DNA of 32,000 nucleotides, taken from positions 360,001 to 392,000 of the forward strand of contig AE017199.1 of NCBI GenBank assembly GCA_000008085.1, read 5' to 3'. The notes below the pieces were generated by a model. It was not told where the DNA came from, ran no database searches, and saw nothing but the letters and a program-made list of their open reading frames with translations. Of this stretch, positions 1-9,439 are shown one piece after another. Made by a program: the position numbers and the translations under genes. The stretch is from Nanoarchaeum equitans Kin4-M. Its GTDB lineage: Archaea; Nanobdellota; Nanobdellia; Nanobdellales; Nanoarchaeaceae. Numbering within the stretch: the first letter of the stretch is position 1; each line of letters starts with the position of its first letter.

Positions 1-798
1 TATAGGTATTAACGCAACTATTGGAATATCTTTTTTGTTTTTAGCTATTGCATATAGCGCCCCAATTACTGCGGCAGAACCGGACATGTCTCCATGCATA
101 TTATACATATAATCTGTGGGCTTCAACGAATAACCTCCTGTATCAAAGGTTATTGCTTTCCCAACTAAAACAATAGGGTTGTCCTTTAAATTGTATTCTA
201 AAATAACTAACCTTGGTTTGTATATACTGCCTTTGCCTACATAAACCAATAAGTTTAACCCTTCTCTTATTAAATCGTCGTAATGTAATACTTTTATATT
301 TACAGGCAATCCCTTAAATATCTCGATTATTTTCTTTTCATATGTTTCAGGATTTAATACATTTGGGGGTTCGTTAGCTAAATCCCTAGCTAAATATTGT
401 GCTTCCATTAATGTGATATATTCTTTTACCTTCTCTTTGTCATCGCAAATAAATTTTATTATTTTCTCTTGCTTTTCGCTTTTGTATCTATCAAATATAT
501 AAGATGTAGAAAGAATCCCAATAATGGCTTTATCTTTGCTCTCTATTTCTCTTAAATCTATTATAAATTCTTTGAACGGACTATTTTTTATATATCTTCC
601 TGCTAAGAAATAGGCTTTCCATTCGTCTTTTACATAAACTATTAGATAATCTCTATCTTTTTTTACAAAAATAGCATTATCTCTTTTAAAGAAATCTTCA
701 TCAACATTAGCATAGCTTTTTACTGATTCCCTATCTTTAAAGAACTTTACTATCACTCCCCCATCCGCGTGGTCTGTTAAATAAAATTTGGTTGGCAT
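1..798 (-). CDS. Leucyl aminopeptidase-like protein (M17 family), N-terminal part, truncated by the window edge
   Basis: Own translation of the minus strand from the ATG at 798: [20 protein letters not shown]...[25 protein letters not shown]...[45 protein letters not shown]. The motif VGK.(I/V)TFD(S/T)GG.SLKP...DMSG.AAV is characteristic of M17. Not in the ORF track because it is open at the edge. Confidence 0.88.
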   Translation of the reverse strand, partial: [266 protein letters not shown]

Positions 799-844
799 TA
801 ATTAATTTGATGTTATTTTATAAAAGGGTTTTTTATTATTATGT

Positions 845-1135
845 ATGATGAAGAAAAAATTCGAAGAAGCATTAACCAAATTCGAAGAGTTTGGGTTGGT
901 AACATTAGCATTAGCATTCGTTTTTTTGGTTTTAGTATTGTATCCATTGTTTATGGGAGTAGCTTTTGCTTTTGTAGGGTTAGTTTTTAACAATATACCT
1001 TATGCACATAATGCAATAGTTTATACATTAAAGCAATTTGGCTTAGATTTTACTAATAAGTTAGATTATCTAGGATTCTTCGCTGGGGTACTATTGGCAT
1101 ACCTTTCAATATTAGTAGGAGAATTCCGAAGATGA
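845..1135 (+). CDS. Small hydrophobic membrane protein, unknown function
   Basis: 96-aa ORF with two or three predicted TM stretches (LALAFVFLVLVLYPLFMGVAFAFVGL; FLGFFAGVLLAYLSILVG); overlaps the next ORF by 4 nt. Confidence 0.6.
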   Translation: MMKKKFEEALTKFEEFGLVTLALAFVFLVLVLYPLFMGVAFAFVGLVFNNIPYAHNAIVYTLKQFGLDFTNKLDYLGFFAGVLLAYLSILVGEFRR

Positions 1136-1713
1136 TCGAGATATTAATAGCAATATTAGATATAGTTTTATCTATTTGGAACGCTTACGCTTCAGGGTAT
1201 AATAGTGTATTGCTAAGAAAATTAGAGTTTTCTAACGATTGGAAGATAACCCTATTCAGTATAGCGAACCAGTTTGCTTTAGTCTTAGCATTTGCTGGCG
1301 CAACATATGGTACAGCAATAATATTAGGATATATATTAATGTATTTGCATTATATTAGCTATAAAGCGCTAATCGCTTTATTGTCGCTAAACAATTTAGT
1401 TTTTGGAGGTTTAATAGTATTCACTGGTATAGTTATTACTATACAATCCATAGTGCAAGCATCAGTAACTAAAAAAGCTATAGATATTGGAGTGGCGATA
1501 TATAACACTATAGCGTCTTTGTTTAACCTAATACAATACATACAAGCTTTCCCCGCTTTAACAGAAACCTGGAACGAAAGCGAAGAAGAAAACAAAAACC
1601 AAGCGTTAATAGTATTAGCCTTAGCTGCTTTTATTGGAATAGTATTAACATTTTATGCCTATAAGATGGGAAGAGAAAAAGCATTAAAAGAAATAAATTA
1701 TTCAATCGCATAA
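1132..1713 (+). CDS. Polytopic membrane protein, unknown function
   Basis: 193-aa ORF with several hydrophobic segments; translationally coupled to the preceding ORF. Confidence 0.65.
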   Translation: MIEILIAILDIVLSIWNAYASGYNSVLLRKLEFSNDWKITLFSIANQFALVLAFAGATYGTAIILGYILMYLHYISYKALIALLSLNNLVFGGLIVFTGIVITIQSIVQASVTKKAIDIGVAIYNTIASLFNLIQYIQAFPALTETWNESEEENKNQALIVLALAAFIGIVLTFYAYKMGREKALKEINYSIA

Positions 1714-2396
1714 TTTATTGCTTCTCTTAGATTTTTAACAGGTATTATAGTGAAATTAAATTGTTTAAAATATTGGACCAAATCTATTTGCTTTGGCTCT
1801 AATACCATTGTACAAGTTTTTATCCCTAATATTGTGTGGCACTTCTCTTTATACAAATAAACAGTATAATATCTGTTTTGCCACGGTATTATAAAGCAAT
1901 TGTATTTTTGCATAACTGCTTTGGCTTTTTCTATTATACCCCCAACAGGGTAAACATTACCATAACTATCTACTACTCCTGTGGCAACACAATTTTTTAG
2001 TTTTTTGTCCAATAGCAATGCACTTACCCCTAAAGCTACTGCCAAACCTGCTGAGGGCCCCCCAATTAAAGAAGTATTAGCTTTAACCGATATTGTAAAA
2101 TCATATTTTTTGTTGGATTTTGTTACAAAGTAAGCGGCTTTAACAGCATTATAAAAGCTTTGTTGTGTTGTTGGTTCGGAAAAGGGCTTTATATCTAAAT
2201 ATATATGCCCTTTTCCTGGTTTAGCAGTAATTTGGATTTTAGTTAATACTCCCCCTCCATCAGCAATAGCTACCGCTGGTACTTCAATTAGTTTGCTTTC
2301 GTTTATTTCTATAGATTTATCAAAGGATTTTGCGAAAAAATACCCTAGAAAGAAAAATATAATGGGTAATAAATTCTTTAATGTGTTAAGCTTCAT
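1698..2396 (-). CDS. Membrane-anchored stand-alone Lon-like (S16) serine protease domain
   Basis: N-terminal TM anchor (LLPIIFFFLGYFFA), GGPSAGLAVALGVSALL (catalytic Ser region) and TGVVDSYGNVYPVGGIIEKAKAV (catalytic Lys region); no AAA+ domain. Confidence 0.82.
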   Translation of the reverse strand: MKLNTLKNLLPIIFFFLGYFFAKSFDKSIEINESKLIEVPAVAIADGGGVLTKIQITAKPGKGHIYLDIKPFSEPTTQQSFYNAVKAAYFVTKSNKKYDFTISVKANTSLIGGPSAGLAVALGVSALLLDKKLKNCVATGVVDSYGNVYPVGGIIEKAKAVMQKYNCFIIPWQNRYYTVYLYKEKCHTILGIKTCTMVLEPKQIDLVQYFKQFNFTIIPVKNLREAINYAIE

Positions 2397-2731
2397 TTTT
2401 CAAACTTCGCTTTGAATTCAAAGCTATCCATGTTCTTTAATAGCTGGGCATATTGCTCTAATATTTTATTTAATTGCCCACTCCTCATTAGTTTTAATAA
2501 CTGTTTTTGTAATTTCTTTTTACATTTTTTATGCATATATAGGGTTGTGCCTAAAACTTCTAAAGTTTCGTAATCATTTTCCCCTACGGGGTTTCCACAT
2601 ATAAAACATATCTTATTGTCGCTAAGTTCTTTTAGTTTTTCCATTGCTTTGTTTAAAGTTTCATCATCTAACCCCATGGCTTTTAGATTGTCTATTTCTT
2701 TTTCCTCTTTCTTTTTCTTAAAGGGCCACAT
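2393..2731 (-). CDS. Small putative zinc-binding protein, unknown function
   Basis: 112-aa ORF with CxxC...HxxC-like pattern (ICFICGNPVGEN...LYMHKKCKKK); coupled to the downstream Lon-like gene. Confidence 0.6.
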   Translation of the reverse strand: MWPFKKKKEEKEIDNLKAMGLDDETLNKAMEKLKELSDNKICFICGNPVGENDYETLEVLGTTLYMHKKCKKKLQKQLLKLMRSGQLNKILEQYAQLLKNMDSFEFKAKFEK

Positions 2732-2757
2732 ATAAATTAGGTAAACAATAATTTAAA

Positions 2758-2806
2758 ATGATGAAGGTGATCCAGCCTGAATTATGATGACGAGAGGGTT
2801 AGCTGA
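2758..2806 (+). ncRNA. C/D-box guide sRNA (sRNA-1); D' guide complementary to the 16S rRNA 3' end
   Basis: C box ATGATGA (2758-2764), 12-nt guide AGGTGATCCAGC, D' CTGA (2777-2780), spacer ATTA, C' TGATGA (2785-2790), 12-nt guide CGAGAGGGTTAG, D CTGA (2803-2806). A TATA-like TATAAATT lies at 2731-2738, about 25 nt upstream. Confidence 0.9.
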
Positions 2807-4320
2807 TTGGGCAAGTCTTCTATTTTTACTCTAACTTGTTTCATCGTATCTCTATCTCTAATTGTTACGGTATTGTCCTCTAAAGTTTGGTAATCTATTG
2901 TTATTGCATAAGGTACCCCAATTTCGTCTACCCTTCTGTACCTTCTCCCTATAGAGCCTTGTTCATCATAAATTATTGGGTAGAAATAGTTTTTTAGCAT
3001 ATTATATACTTCTTTGGCCTTCTCTATTAGTTCTGGTTTTTTCAATAATGGGAATACTGCCACTTTTATTGGGGCTAGATGTTTTGGTATCTTTAGTACA
3101 ACTCTTTTTTCCTTAACTTTTTGATTATCCCTCTCTATTTCGTACTCTTCTTCAGTTAAGAACAAATCTATTAGAGCTAATACATTCCTATCAACACCAA
3201 AAGATAATTCTAAAACATGGGGGATAAACTTTTTATTGTCTTTTTGCACAGTTAGGTCTTTGCCAGAAACTTTCATATGGCCCGACAAATCATGGTCTGT
3301 TCTATAATGGATACCACCAACTTCTTTCCATCCATAGGTTGGGAAATTTATTTCTATATCAACATGGTATTTATTATAAAATGCTTTTTCTTTTTCGCTT
3401 AACTCTCTAAACCTAAGCCTTTCTTCGGGGATTCCCAATCTTTCATAGAATTGCTTTACTTTCCCTACAAAATAAGCATAAAACTCTGGGAATGGCAAAT
3501 CTTTTACTTTAATTCTTTTGTAATTCCCTTCTTTGTCTAAAAAGTTTAATTCTACATCTTTTACTTCATTTATATCGAATTCATTATCTTCAGGATCAAA
3601 AAATATTTGTAACTCTGCTTGTGTGAACTCTCTCAATCTTAATAATAATTGCCTAGGACTAATTTCATTCCTAAAAGCTTTTCCTACTACTGCTAAACCC
3701 AAAGGAAGCTTTTGTCTATGTAAAATGAATTCTCTTTTAAACATAACATATGGGCCTTGGGCCGTTTCTGGCCTTAAATAAGCTTCATTTTCAACCATTT
3801 TTTTAACTCTTTCGATAATATCTTTTATATATTGTTCGCTCACATTTTCTTTTAGGTTTTTTAATAGGTTCAATGCCTCTTGGGAATCGGGCCCAATATA
3901 AATGGGAAACATCAAATTGAACCATTTTACTTTTCCTAATGGTGCATTACATATAGGGCATCTAACATTTTTTAATAGCTCTTCCATTTCTGATAAAGAC
4001 AGACCTTCCGCTTTTATGTTTAGCTTTTCCTCTATTAGATGGTCTGCTCTAAATCTATGGCCATTTTTACATTCAACAATCGGGTCATTAAAATTCTCTA
4101 AATGCCCACTCGCGATAAACACTTCTTTAGGCATCACTATTGCGGGATCTACTTCCCAAAAGTTAGGATGCAATCTAAGAAAATAGTTTTTCCATTCATT
4201 AATAAAATTGTTTTTTAATAGTGTGCCCAAATAACCATAATCATAAAAACCGGCTATACTATTATAAATTTCGGAAGCCGGGTAAAAAAACCCTTTTAAT
4301 ACATATTCCTTTAGATCCAT
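2782..4320 (-). CDS. glyS: Glycyl-tRNA synthetase, archaeal/eukaryal type
   Basis: 512 aa; class II motifs (EVDPAIVMPKEVFIASGHLENFNDPIVEC; RPETAQGPYVMFK; FRNEISPR; ELSFGVDRNVLALI). Confidence 0.95.
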   Translation of the reverse strand: MDLKEYVLKGFFYPASEIYNSIAGFYDYGYLGTLLKNNFINEWKNYFLRLHPNFWEVDPAIVMPKEVFIASGHLENFNDPIVECKNGHRFRADHLIEEKLNIKAEGLSLSEMEELLKNVRCPICNAPLGKVKWFNLMFPIYIGPDSQEALNLLKNLKENVSEQYIKDIIERVKKMVENEAYLRPETAQGPYVMFKREFILHRQKLPLGLAVVGKAFRNEISPRQLLLRLREFTQAELQIFFDPEDNEFDINEVKDVELNFLDKEGNYKRIKVKDLPFPEFYAYFVGKVKQFYERLGIPEERLRFRELSEKEKAFYNKYHVDIEINFPTYGWKEVGGIHYRTDHDLSGHMKVSGKDLTVQKDNKKFIPHVLELSFGVDRNVLALIDLFLTEEEYEIERDNQKVKEKRVVLKIPKHLAPIKVAVFPLLKKPELIEKAKEVYNMLKNYFYPIIYDEQGSIGRRYRRVDEIGVPYAITIDYQTLEDNTVTIRDRDTMKQVRVKIEDLPNQLTLSSS

Positions 4321-4337
4321 AAAAAATTTGTTCTATA

Positions 4338-5603
4338 CTATTTTATAAATTTATCTACAGAAACAATTTGTTGCCCCTTTAGTTTAGATCTAATATTTTT
4401 TAATATATCCAACGCGCTTAGTTTTATGTTATTAATGTTATTCTCCATTTCTTGTACTATGTTTACTGAATGTGGCTCTATTTCTTTTAAAAAGTCTTCG
4501 AATTTCATTTCTCTGCCTTCATATATTACAATACTATCCTTTAAATCTATAGTTTCAATTCCTTTTTTGCTACCCCTAAATAGCTCTTCTACTCTCCCAT
4601 CATTATATAGGCAAAAAGATTGAAATGCTGTAGCACCGCTACTTAGATCAAATTCTTTTCTATTATCGAGATGTCCCTTTATTATTTTTTTGGGCGATGT
4701 TCCGTAAGCAGAAATTTTAGCACTAACCAAAGAACATTCTTCTCCGGGATGTACCCTAATAAAGAAACTAACAAATTTATCATCTTTCTTAGCAAATAGT
4801 GGTTCCATATAAGCTTGCACCAAAGCTATTGGAGGCAAATCGTTTTCTTGTGCATATAACACAAAACTTTCTAATGCCTTAGCAAACCTATTTTTGTTTT
4901 TAGCCACTCCAACAGAATAACCCCCAGATTCTTGACCAAAGGCCGGTTTTATTACTAAATATTTGCTATTTAACATATTAGATATTTCGTCGAACTTTTT
5001 GTTGGCAAAATCCTTAATATCATATATATCTTCTAAATTGACTAAAACTGCTTTAGGCAAAAACTTTGGAGCTATTAAATATTGGCCCAATTTACTAGAC
5101 AAACCATAAGATTTTGATGCATCTCCTTCTTTTCCATGCATATACATTAGAGATTCCATAATTTTTTTGCCAGGTCTTAGATTAGAATTATAGAAATCGC
5201 TTAACGATGGCTCTTTATTTAAAGTATGTATAAATGGTTGTTCTCCTTCCTCCACAGCTTCTTTATTGTATATTTTCGCGGGTATTAGCTCTTTCATTGT
5301 CATATATTGGCCAACTTTCTTTGGTTTGTTATAAACAAAAATAGCAGACCCAATTTGTTTTTTGTTAGATAAATAATTGTAAATATTCTCTGCTAAATCA
5401 GTATTTCCTTCATATACAACAAATACAGACCCAATTGGCTCATTTAACTTTTCAATAGGTAATAGCTTCTCTATTAAATCTGGTTTGTTCCCTAGATTCA
5501 AAATTATATCCCCTGATGTTAGATTTGTTTCATATATTTTGTCTTTACCTACTTGTTCTGCTGTTTTGAATAGGTTTATCTTACCGGTTCTGTATACCTT
5601 CAT
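4338..5603 (-). CDS. Uncharacterised protein, possible ATP-grasp-like fold
   Basis: 421-aa ORF; LVIKPAFGQESGGYSVGVAKN and FFIRVHPGEECSLVSAKISAYG resemble ATP-grasp segments only loosely; TATA-like ATTTAAAT about 25 nt upstream of the start. Confidence 0.5.
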   Translation of the reverse strand: MKVYRTGKINLFKTAEQVGKDKIYETNLTSGDIILNLGNKPDLIEKLLPIEKLNEPIGSVFVVYEGNTDLAENIYNYLSNKKQIGSAIFVYNKPKKVGQYMTMKELIPAKIYNKEAVEEGEQPFIHTLNKEPSLSDFYNSNLRPGKKIMESLMYMHGKEGDASKSYGLSSKLGQYLIAPKFLPKAVLVNLEDIYDIKDFANKKFDEISNMLNSKYLVIKPAFGQESGGYSVGVAKNKNRFAKALESFVLYAQENDLPPIALVQAYMEPLFAKKDDKFVSFFIRVHPGEECSLVSAKISAYGTSPKKIIKGHLDNRKEFDLSSGATAFQSFCLYNDGRVEELFRGSKKGIETIDLKDSIVIYEGREMKFEDFLKEIEPHSVNIVQEMENNINNIKLSALDILKNIRSKLKGQQIVSVDKFIK

Positions 5604-5707
5604 TGCAATAAAAGTAGTAACACCATTATTTAAATGCTTTAATTGTCCGTGTTATATTTTAAAAAGCCTTTGCCGTTTTAGCATTTAATAGGTTTTCCAT
5701 CCATTAA

Positions 5708-8700
5708 TTGGTGTATTATGATATACTAGCTAAGGAATTAGAAAAACTATATGAAATTGCTGAAAAAGCTAGAGCACAAGGATATGATCCAAAGGACATT
5801 GTAGAAATACCATTAGCTAATAACATGGGGGAAAGGGTAGCCCATTTAATTAGTGCTATCCATGAACAATTAGATGTAAAAAAGACAGCCGAACTAATAT
5901 TAGAATTAGAAAAACAGTATGGCTTTTTGGATTGGCGTGTTGGTTTAAAATTAATAGATTACGCATTAGAAGGAAAGCTAATTCCTTATGATGATATACT
6001 AAAAAGAATTGACTTAGGAGTAAGATTAGCCTTAGGTTATATAACTATGGGAGTTGTCTCAGCTCCTTTGGAGGGGTTAGTAGAGCTTAGGATAAAAAAG
6101 AGAAAAGATGGAAAACCTTATTTGGCTTTATACTATGCTGGCCCCATAAGGGGGGCTGGTGGTACTGCGGCAGCAGTTAGTGTTTTATTTGCTGATTATG
6201 CTAGAAAAAAAGCCGGTTTATATGAATATGACCCAACAAAAGAGGAAATAGAGCGCTATAAAATAGAAATCGATTCTTACCATAACAAAGTTGCGAGATT
6301 GCAATACAAACCATCAGACGAAGAAATAGAGTTCTTAGTAAAACATATACCTGTGGAAATTAATGGAGACCCTACTTCTGATAAAGAAGTACCTTCCTAC
6401 AAAAATCTAGAAAGGGTAGAAACTAATAGAATTAGGGGAGGGATGTGTTTAGTTATTGCTGAGGGTATAGCGCAAAAAGCCAAAAAGATCTATGGTAAAA
6501 TAACCGAGTGGGGTAAAGAATTCGGTTTAGAACATTGGGAATTTTTGGGAGAATATTTAAAATTGCAAAAAGAGATACAAGCCAAATTAGCTGCAGAGTC
6601 TGGAGGTGAAATAGAAGGTAAAGAAATAAAAAGAAAAATAACTTTGTTTTTAGATGAAATAAAAAAAGAAGAAATAACAGTTAAATATCCCACTCCTGCA
6701 GGTAAATACTTACAAGAAATAACCGCAGGGAGACCAATATTTTCTTTGCCTATGGCCATTGGAGGGTTTAGATTAAGGTATGGTAGATCTTTCGCTACAG
6801 GTTTTGCTACCTCTGGCATACACCCTGCGACTATGTTTTTAACCTATGGATTTTTAGCTATAGGCACACAAATGCGTGGGGAAAGGCCTAAAAAATCAAC
6901 AATAGTTACTCCTGTAACTTCTTTGCATCCCCCAATAGTTAAACTAAAAGATGGCACAGTAAAAAAAGTTCATTCTGTTGTCGAAGCAATAAAAATAGCA
7001 AATGATGTTGAAGAAATACTATTTTTAGGCGATATTTTAACAGCTTTTGGAGATTGGTTAAATGAAAAAGCTAATCTAGTGCCTTCCCCTTATGTTGAAG
7101 AATGGTGGATACAAGAGTTTGATAGGGCAGCAATGAAAAAAACCGATTATAAAATAGAATTCGATGTAATGAAGCCAAGAAAACTATTCAAAATAGAAGG
7201 GTTGGAAAATTTGTCTCAATATTTAGGAATTCCCAAAGATAGATTAGAAGAAATAATTAGGAAACCATTCTCTAGGAAACCAACTATTGATGAAGCAATA
7301 ACTATTAGTGAAAAGCTTGGAATTCCATTACATCCAGAGTATACTCCATTCTGGGTTCATATAACAAAAGAAGAGCTAATAAAATTAATAGAAGAGCTTA
7401 GGAAAGCTAAAATTCAAAATAACAAAATATATTTCCATGAATCGCAAAAAGAGCTAAAAGCAATATTAGAGAAACTGTTTATTGAACATTTTAGGGAAGG
7501 AGAGTACTTTTATATAAACGAAAGTATGACAAAATCTTTGTTATACCAATTAGATAATCTAAATTTAGAAAAGGCAAAAAAAGAATTCGATAATGCTATA
7601 GACGCTTTAGATTTGGTTAATAGGTTATCCCCAATAGAGATAAGGGATGTTGCCGGAGTATATGTAGGGTTTAGAGCGGGAAGACCAGAAAAAGCTAAAA
7701 TGAGAGAAATGACTGGTAGGCCCCATGGGCTATTCCCTGTTGGAGAAGAAGGTGGAAAAATGCGTAATGTTATAGAAGCCTATAACAAAGGCTATGTTAA
7801 AGCAGAATTTGCTTTGTATTATTGTAATCATTGTAAGCGCTATACTATTTATAGAAAATGTGAAGTTTGTGGCAATAAAACTAAAGAGGTTTATGTTTGC
7901 AAAGAAATAATAAATAGACTAAAAACCTCTCTATTCAAACAATATAAGGATTGGAAAAAAGTTGAAGAAGAAATAGCTTCCCATCTATGGGCAGAGGCCG
8001 TAACACATTCTAAAAATAATTGTAGAGAGCCTAAAAGATATAGTCTAATAAAACTAAACATAAAGCATTATGTAGATAGAGCTGTTCAAAAGTTAAAACT
8101 ATTTAATATACCAAAATTAGTTAAAGGAGTTAGAGGTACATCAAATAAAGACCATATAGTTGAAAGGCTAGAAAAAGCCTTTTTAAGGTCTGTAAGTGAT
8201 GTTTATGTAAACAAAGATGGCACTATAAGATATGATGGTACTCAAATACCCTTAACACATTTTAGGCCAAAAGATTTAATTGGTGTTACAATAGAAAAAC
8301 TAAAAGAATTGGGTTATACACATGACATATATGGAAACCCATTGGAAAGGGAAGATCAAATATTACAACTAAAACCCCAAGATATAATATTACCCTATGG
8401 TATATTAGTTAAATCCCGTTTAAATAAAAACAAAATAGTAAGAACAGATGCGGCAGAAGCATTTAAGAAAGTAGCAAACTTTGTTGACGAAGAATTAAAG
8501 AGGTTATACAACTTAGAACCTTATTATAACATAGAAAAAGCCGAAGACCTAATAGGAAAAATAGTTTTTGGTATTGCTCCCCATACATCTGCAGCTGTAG
8601 TAGGTAGAATAATAGGGTTTACCCCAATACAAGGGATAATTGCCCACCCGATATGGCATGCGGGCCAAAGAAGAAATTGCGATGGAGACGAAACCGCAGT

Positions 8701-9439
8701 AATGCTTGGGTTAGATGCGTTAATCAATTTCTCTAGAGAATATTTGCCCGACAAAAGAGGGGCAAGAACAATGGATGCACCTTTGGTATTAACATTAAAA
8801 TTAGAGCTAAAAGCTGTAGACGATGAAGTACATGATATGGATATTGTTTATAATTATCCTTTGGAATTCTATTACGAAACATTAAAGGGCTCTCCCGCAA
8901 AGGATGTTAAAAAACAATGTGGTATACTAACATTGGGTGATTTTCTAAAAGAAGAAGACATAAGTAAAATACCAATAGGCTTTACCCATCCAACAAAAAG
9001 TATTAGGCTTGGTAATAAGGTTAGCCTATACAAAAGGCTAAAAACTATGCAACAAAAAACTGAATGGCAATTAAAATTGGCAGAAAGAATTAGGGCAGTA
9101 GATGAAAATATTGTTGCAGAAATAGTTATAGAAAAACATTTCATGCCAGATATAAAGGGTAATCTAAGAGGGTTTAGTAGCCAAGTCTTTAGATGCACTA
9201 AATGTGACACCACATACGATAGAGTCCCATTAAGTGGGAAATGTCCAAAATGTGGAGGCAATATAGTATTTACTGTACACGAAGGGACTATAAAGAAATA
9301 TTTGCCTACTTCTCTCTATTTAGCTAGGAAATACAAAATAAAGAAATTCACAAAACAAAGTTTATTCTTATTAGATAGAAGAATCAAACAAATATTCGGG
9401 GGAGAAAAGAAAAGCTTGGCAGATTTTATAAATAGCTAA
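5708..9439 (+). CDS. polC: DNA polymerase D large subunit DP2
   Basis: 1243 aa; ARAQGYDP...ERVAHLISA, AGPIRGAGGTAAAVSVL, HPIWHAGQRRNCDGDETAVMLGLDALINFSREYLPDKRGARTMDAPLVL, C-terminal CTKCDTTYDRVPLSGKCPKCGG. No intein interruption. The GTG at 5711 is the more likely leaderless start (TATA-like ATTTAATA about 25 nt upstream). Confidence 0.97.
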   Translation: MVYYDILAKELEKLYEIAEKARAQGYDPKDIVEIPLANNMGERVAHLISAIHEQLDVKKTAELILELEKQYGFLDWRVGLKLIDYALEGKLIPYDDILKRIDLGVRLALGYITMGVVSAPLEGLVELRIKKRKDGKPYLALYYAGPIRGAGGTAAAVSVLFADYARKKAGLYEYDPTKEEIERYKIEIDSYHNKVARLQYKPSDEEIEFLVKHIPVEINGDPTSDKEVPSYKNLERVETNRIRGGMCLVIAEGIAQKAKKIYGKITEWGKEFGLEHWEFLGEYLKLQKEIQAKLAAESGGEIEGKEIKRKITLFLDEIKKEEITVKYPTPAGKYLQEITAGRPIFSLPMAIGGFRLRYGRSFATGFATSGIHPATMFLTYGFLAIGTQMRGERPKKSTIVTPVTSLHPPIVKLKDGTVKKVHSVVEAIKIANDVEEILFLGDILTAFGDWLNEKANLVPSPYVEEWWIQEFDRAAMKKTDYKIEFDVMKPRKLFKIEGLENLSQYLGIPKDRLEEIIRKPFSRKPTIDEAITISEKLGIPLHPEYTPFWVHITKEELIKLIEELRKAKIQNNKIYFHESQKELKAILEKLFIEHFREGEYFYINESMTKSLLYQLDNLNLEKAKKEFDNAIDALDLVNRLSPIEIRDVAGVYVGFRAGRPEKAKMREMTGRPHGLFPVGEEGGKMRNVIEAYNKGYVKAEFALYYCNHCKRYTIYRKCEVCGNKTKEVYVCKEIINRLKTSLFKQYKDWKKVEEEIASHLWAEAVTHSKNNCREPKRYSLIKLNIKHYVDRAVQKLKLFNIPKLVKGVRGTSNKDHIVERLEKAFLRSVSDVYVNKDGTIRYDGTQIPLTHFRPKDLIGVTIEKLKELGYTHDIYGNPLEREDQILQLKPQDIILPYGILVKSRLNKNKIVRTDAAEAFKKVANFVDEELKRLYNLEPYYNIEKAEDLIGKIVFGIAPHTSAAVVGRIIGFTPIQGIIAHPIWHAGQRRNCDGDETAVMLGLDALINFSREYLPDKRGARTMDAPLVLTLKLELKAVDDEVHDMDIVYNYPLEFYYETLKGSPAKDVKKQCGILTLGDFLKEEDISKIPIGFTHPTKSIRLGNKVSLYKRLKTMQQKTEWQLKLAERIRAVDENIVAEIVIEKHFMPDIKGNLRGFSSQVFRCTKCDTTYDRVPLSGKCPKCGGNIVFTVHEGTIKKYLPTSLYLARKYKIKKFTKQSLFLLDRRIKQIFGGEKKSLADFINS

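Noticed and set aside
802-993. 63-aa minus-strand ORF, Asn/Thr/Lys-rich
   Set aside because: Antisense to the membrane-protein ORF at 845-1135; low-complexity composition from AT-rich sequence; no motif.
3533-4186. Plus-strand ORFs at 3533-3781 and 3902-4186
   Set aside because: Antisense shadows of the well-supported glycyl-tRNA synthetase gene; no recognisable motif.
5604-5710. 13-aa ORF (MENLLNAKTAKAF) on the minus strand in the gap before DP2
   Set aside because: Too short and motif-free; the gap is adequately explained by two divergent promoters.
6490-9261. Minus-strand ORFs 6490-6819, 8524-8754 and 8872-9261
   Set aside because: Antisense to PolD DP2, which shows clear family motifs across the region.
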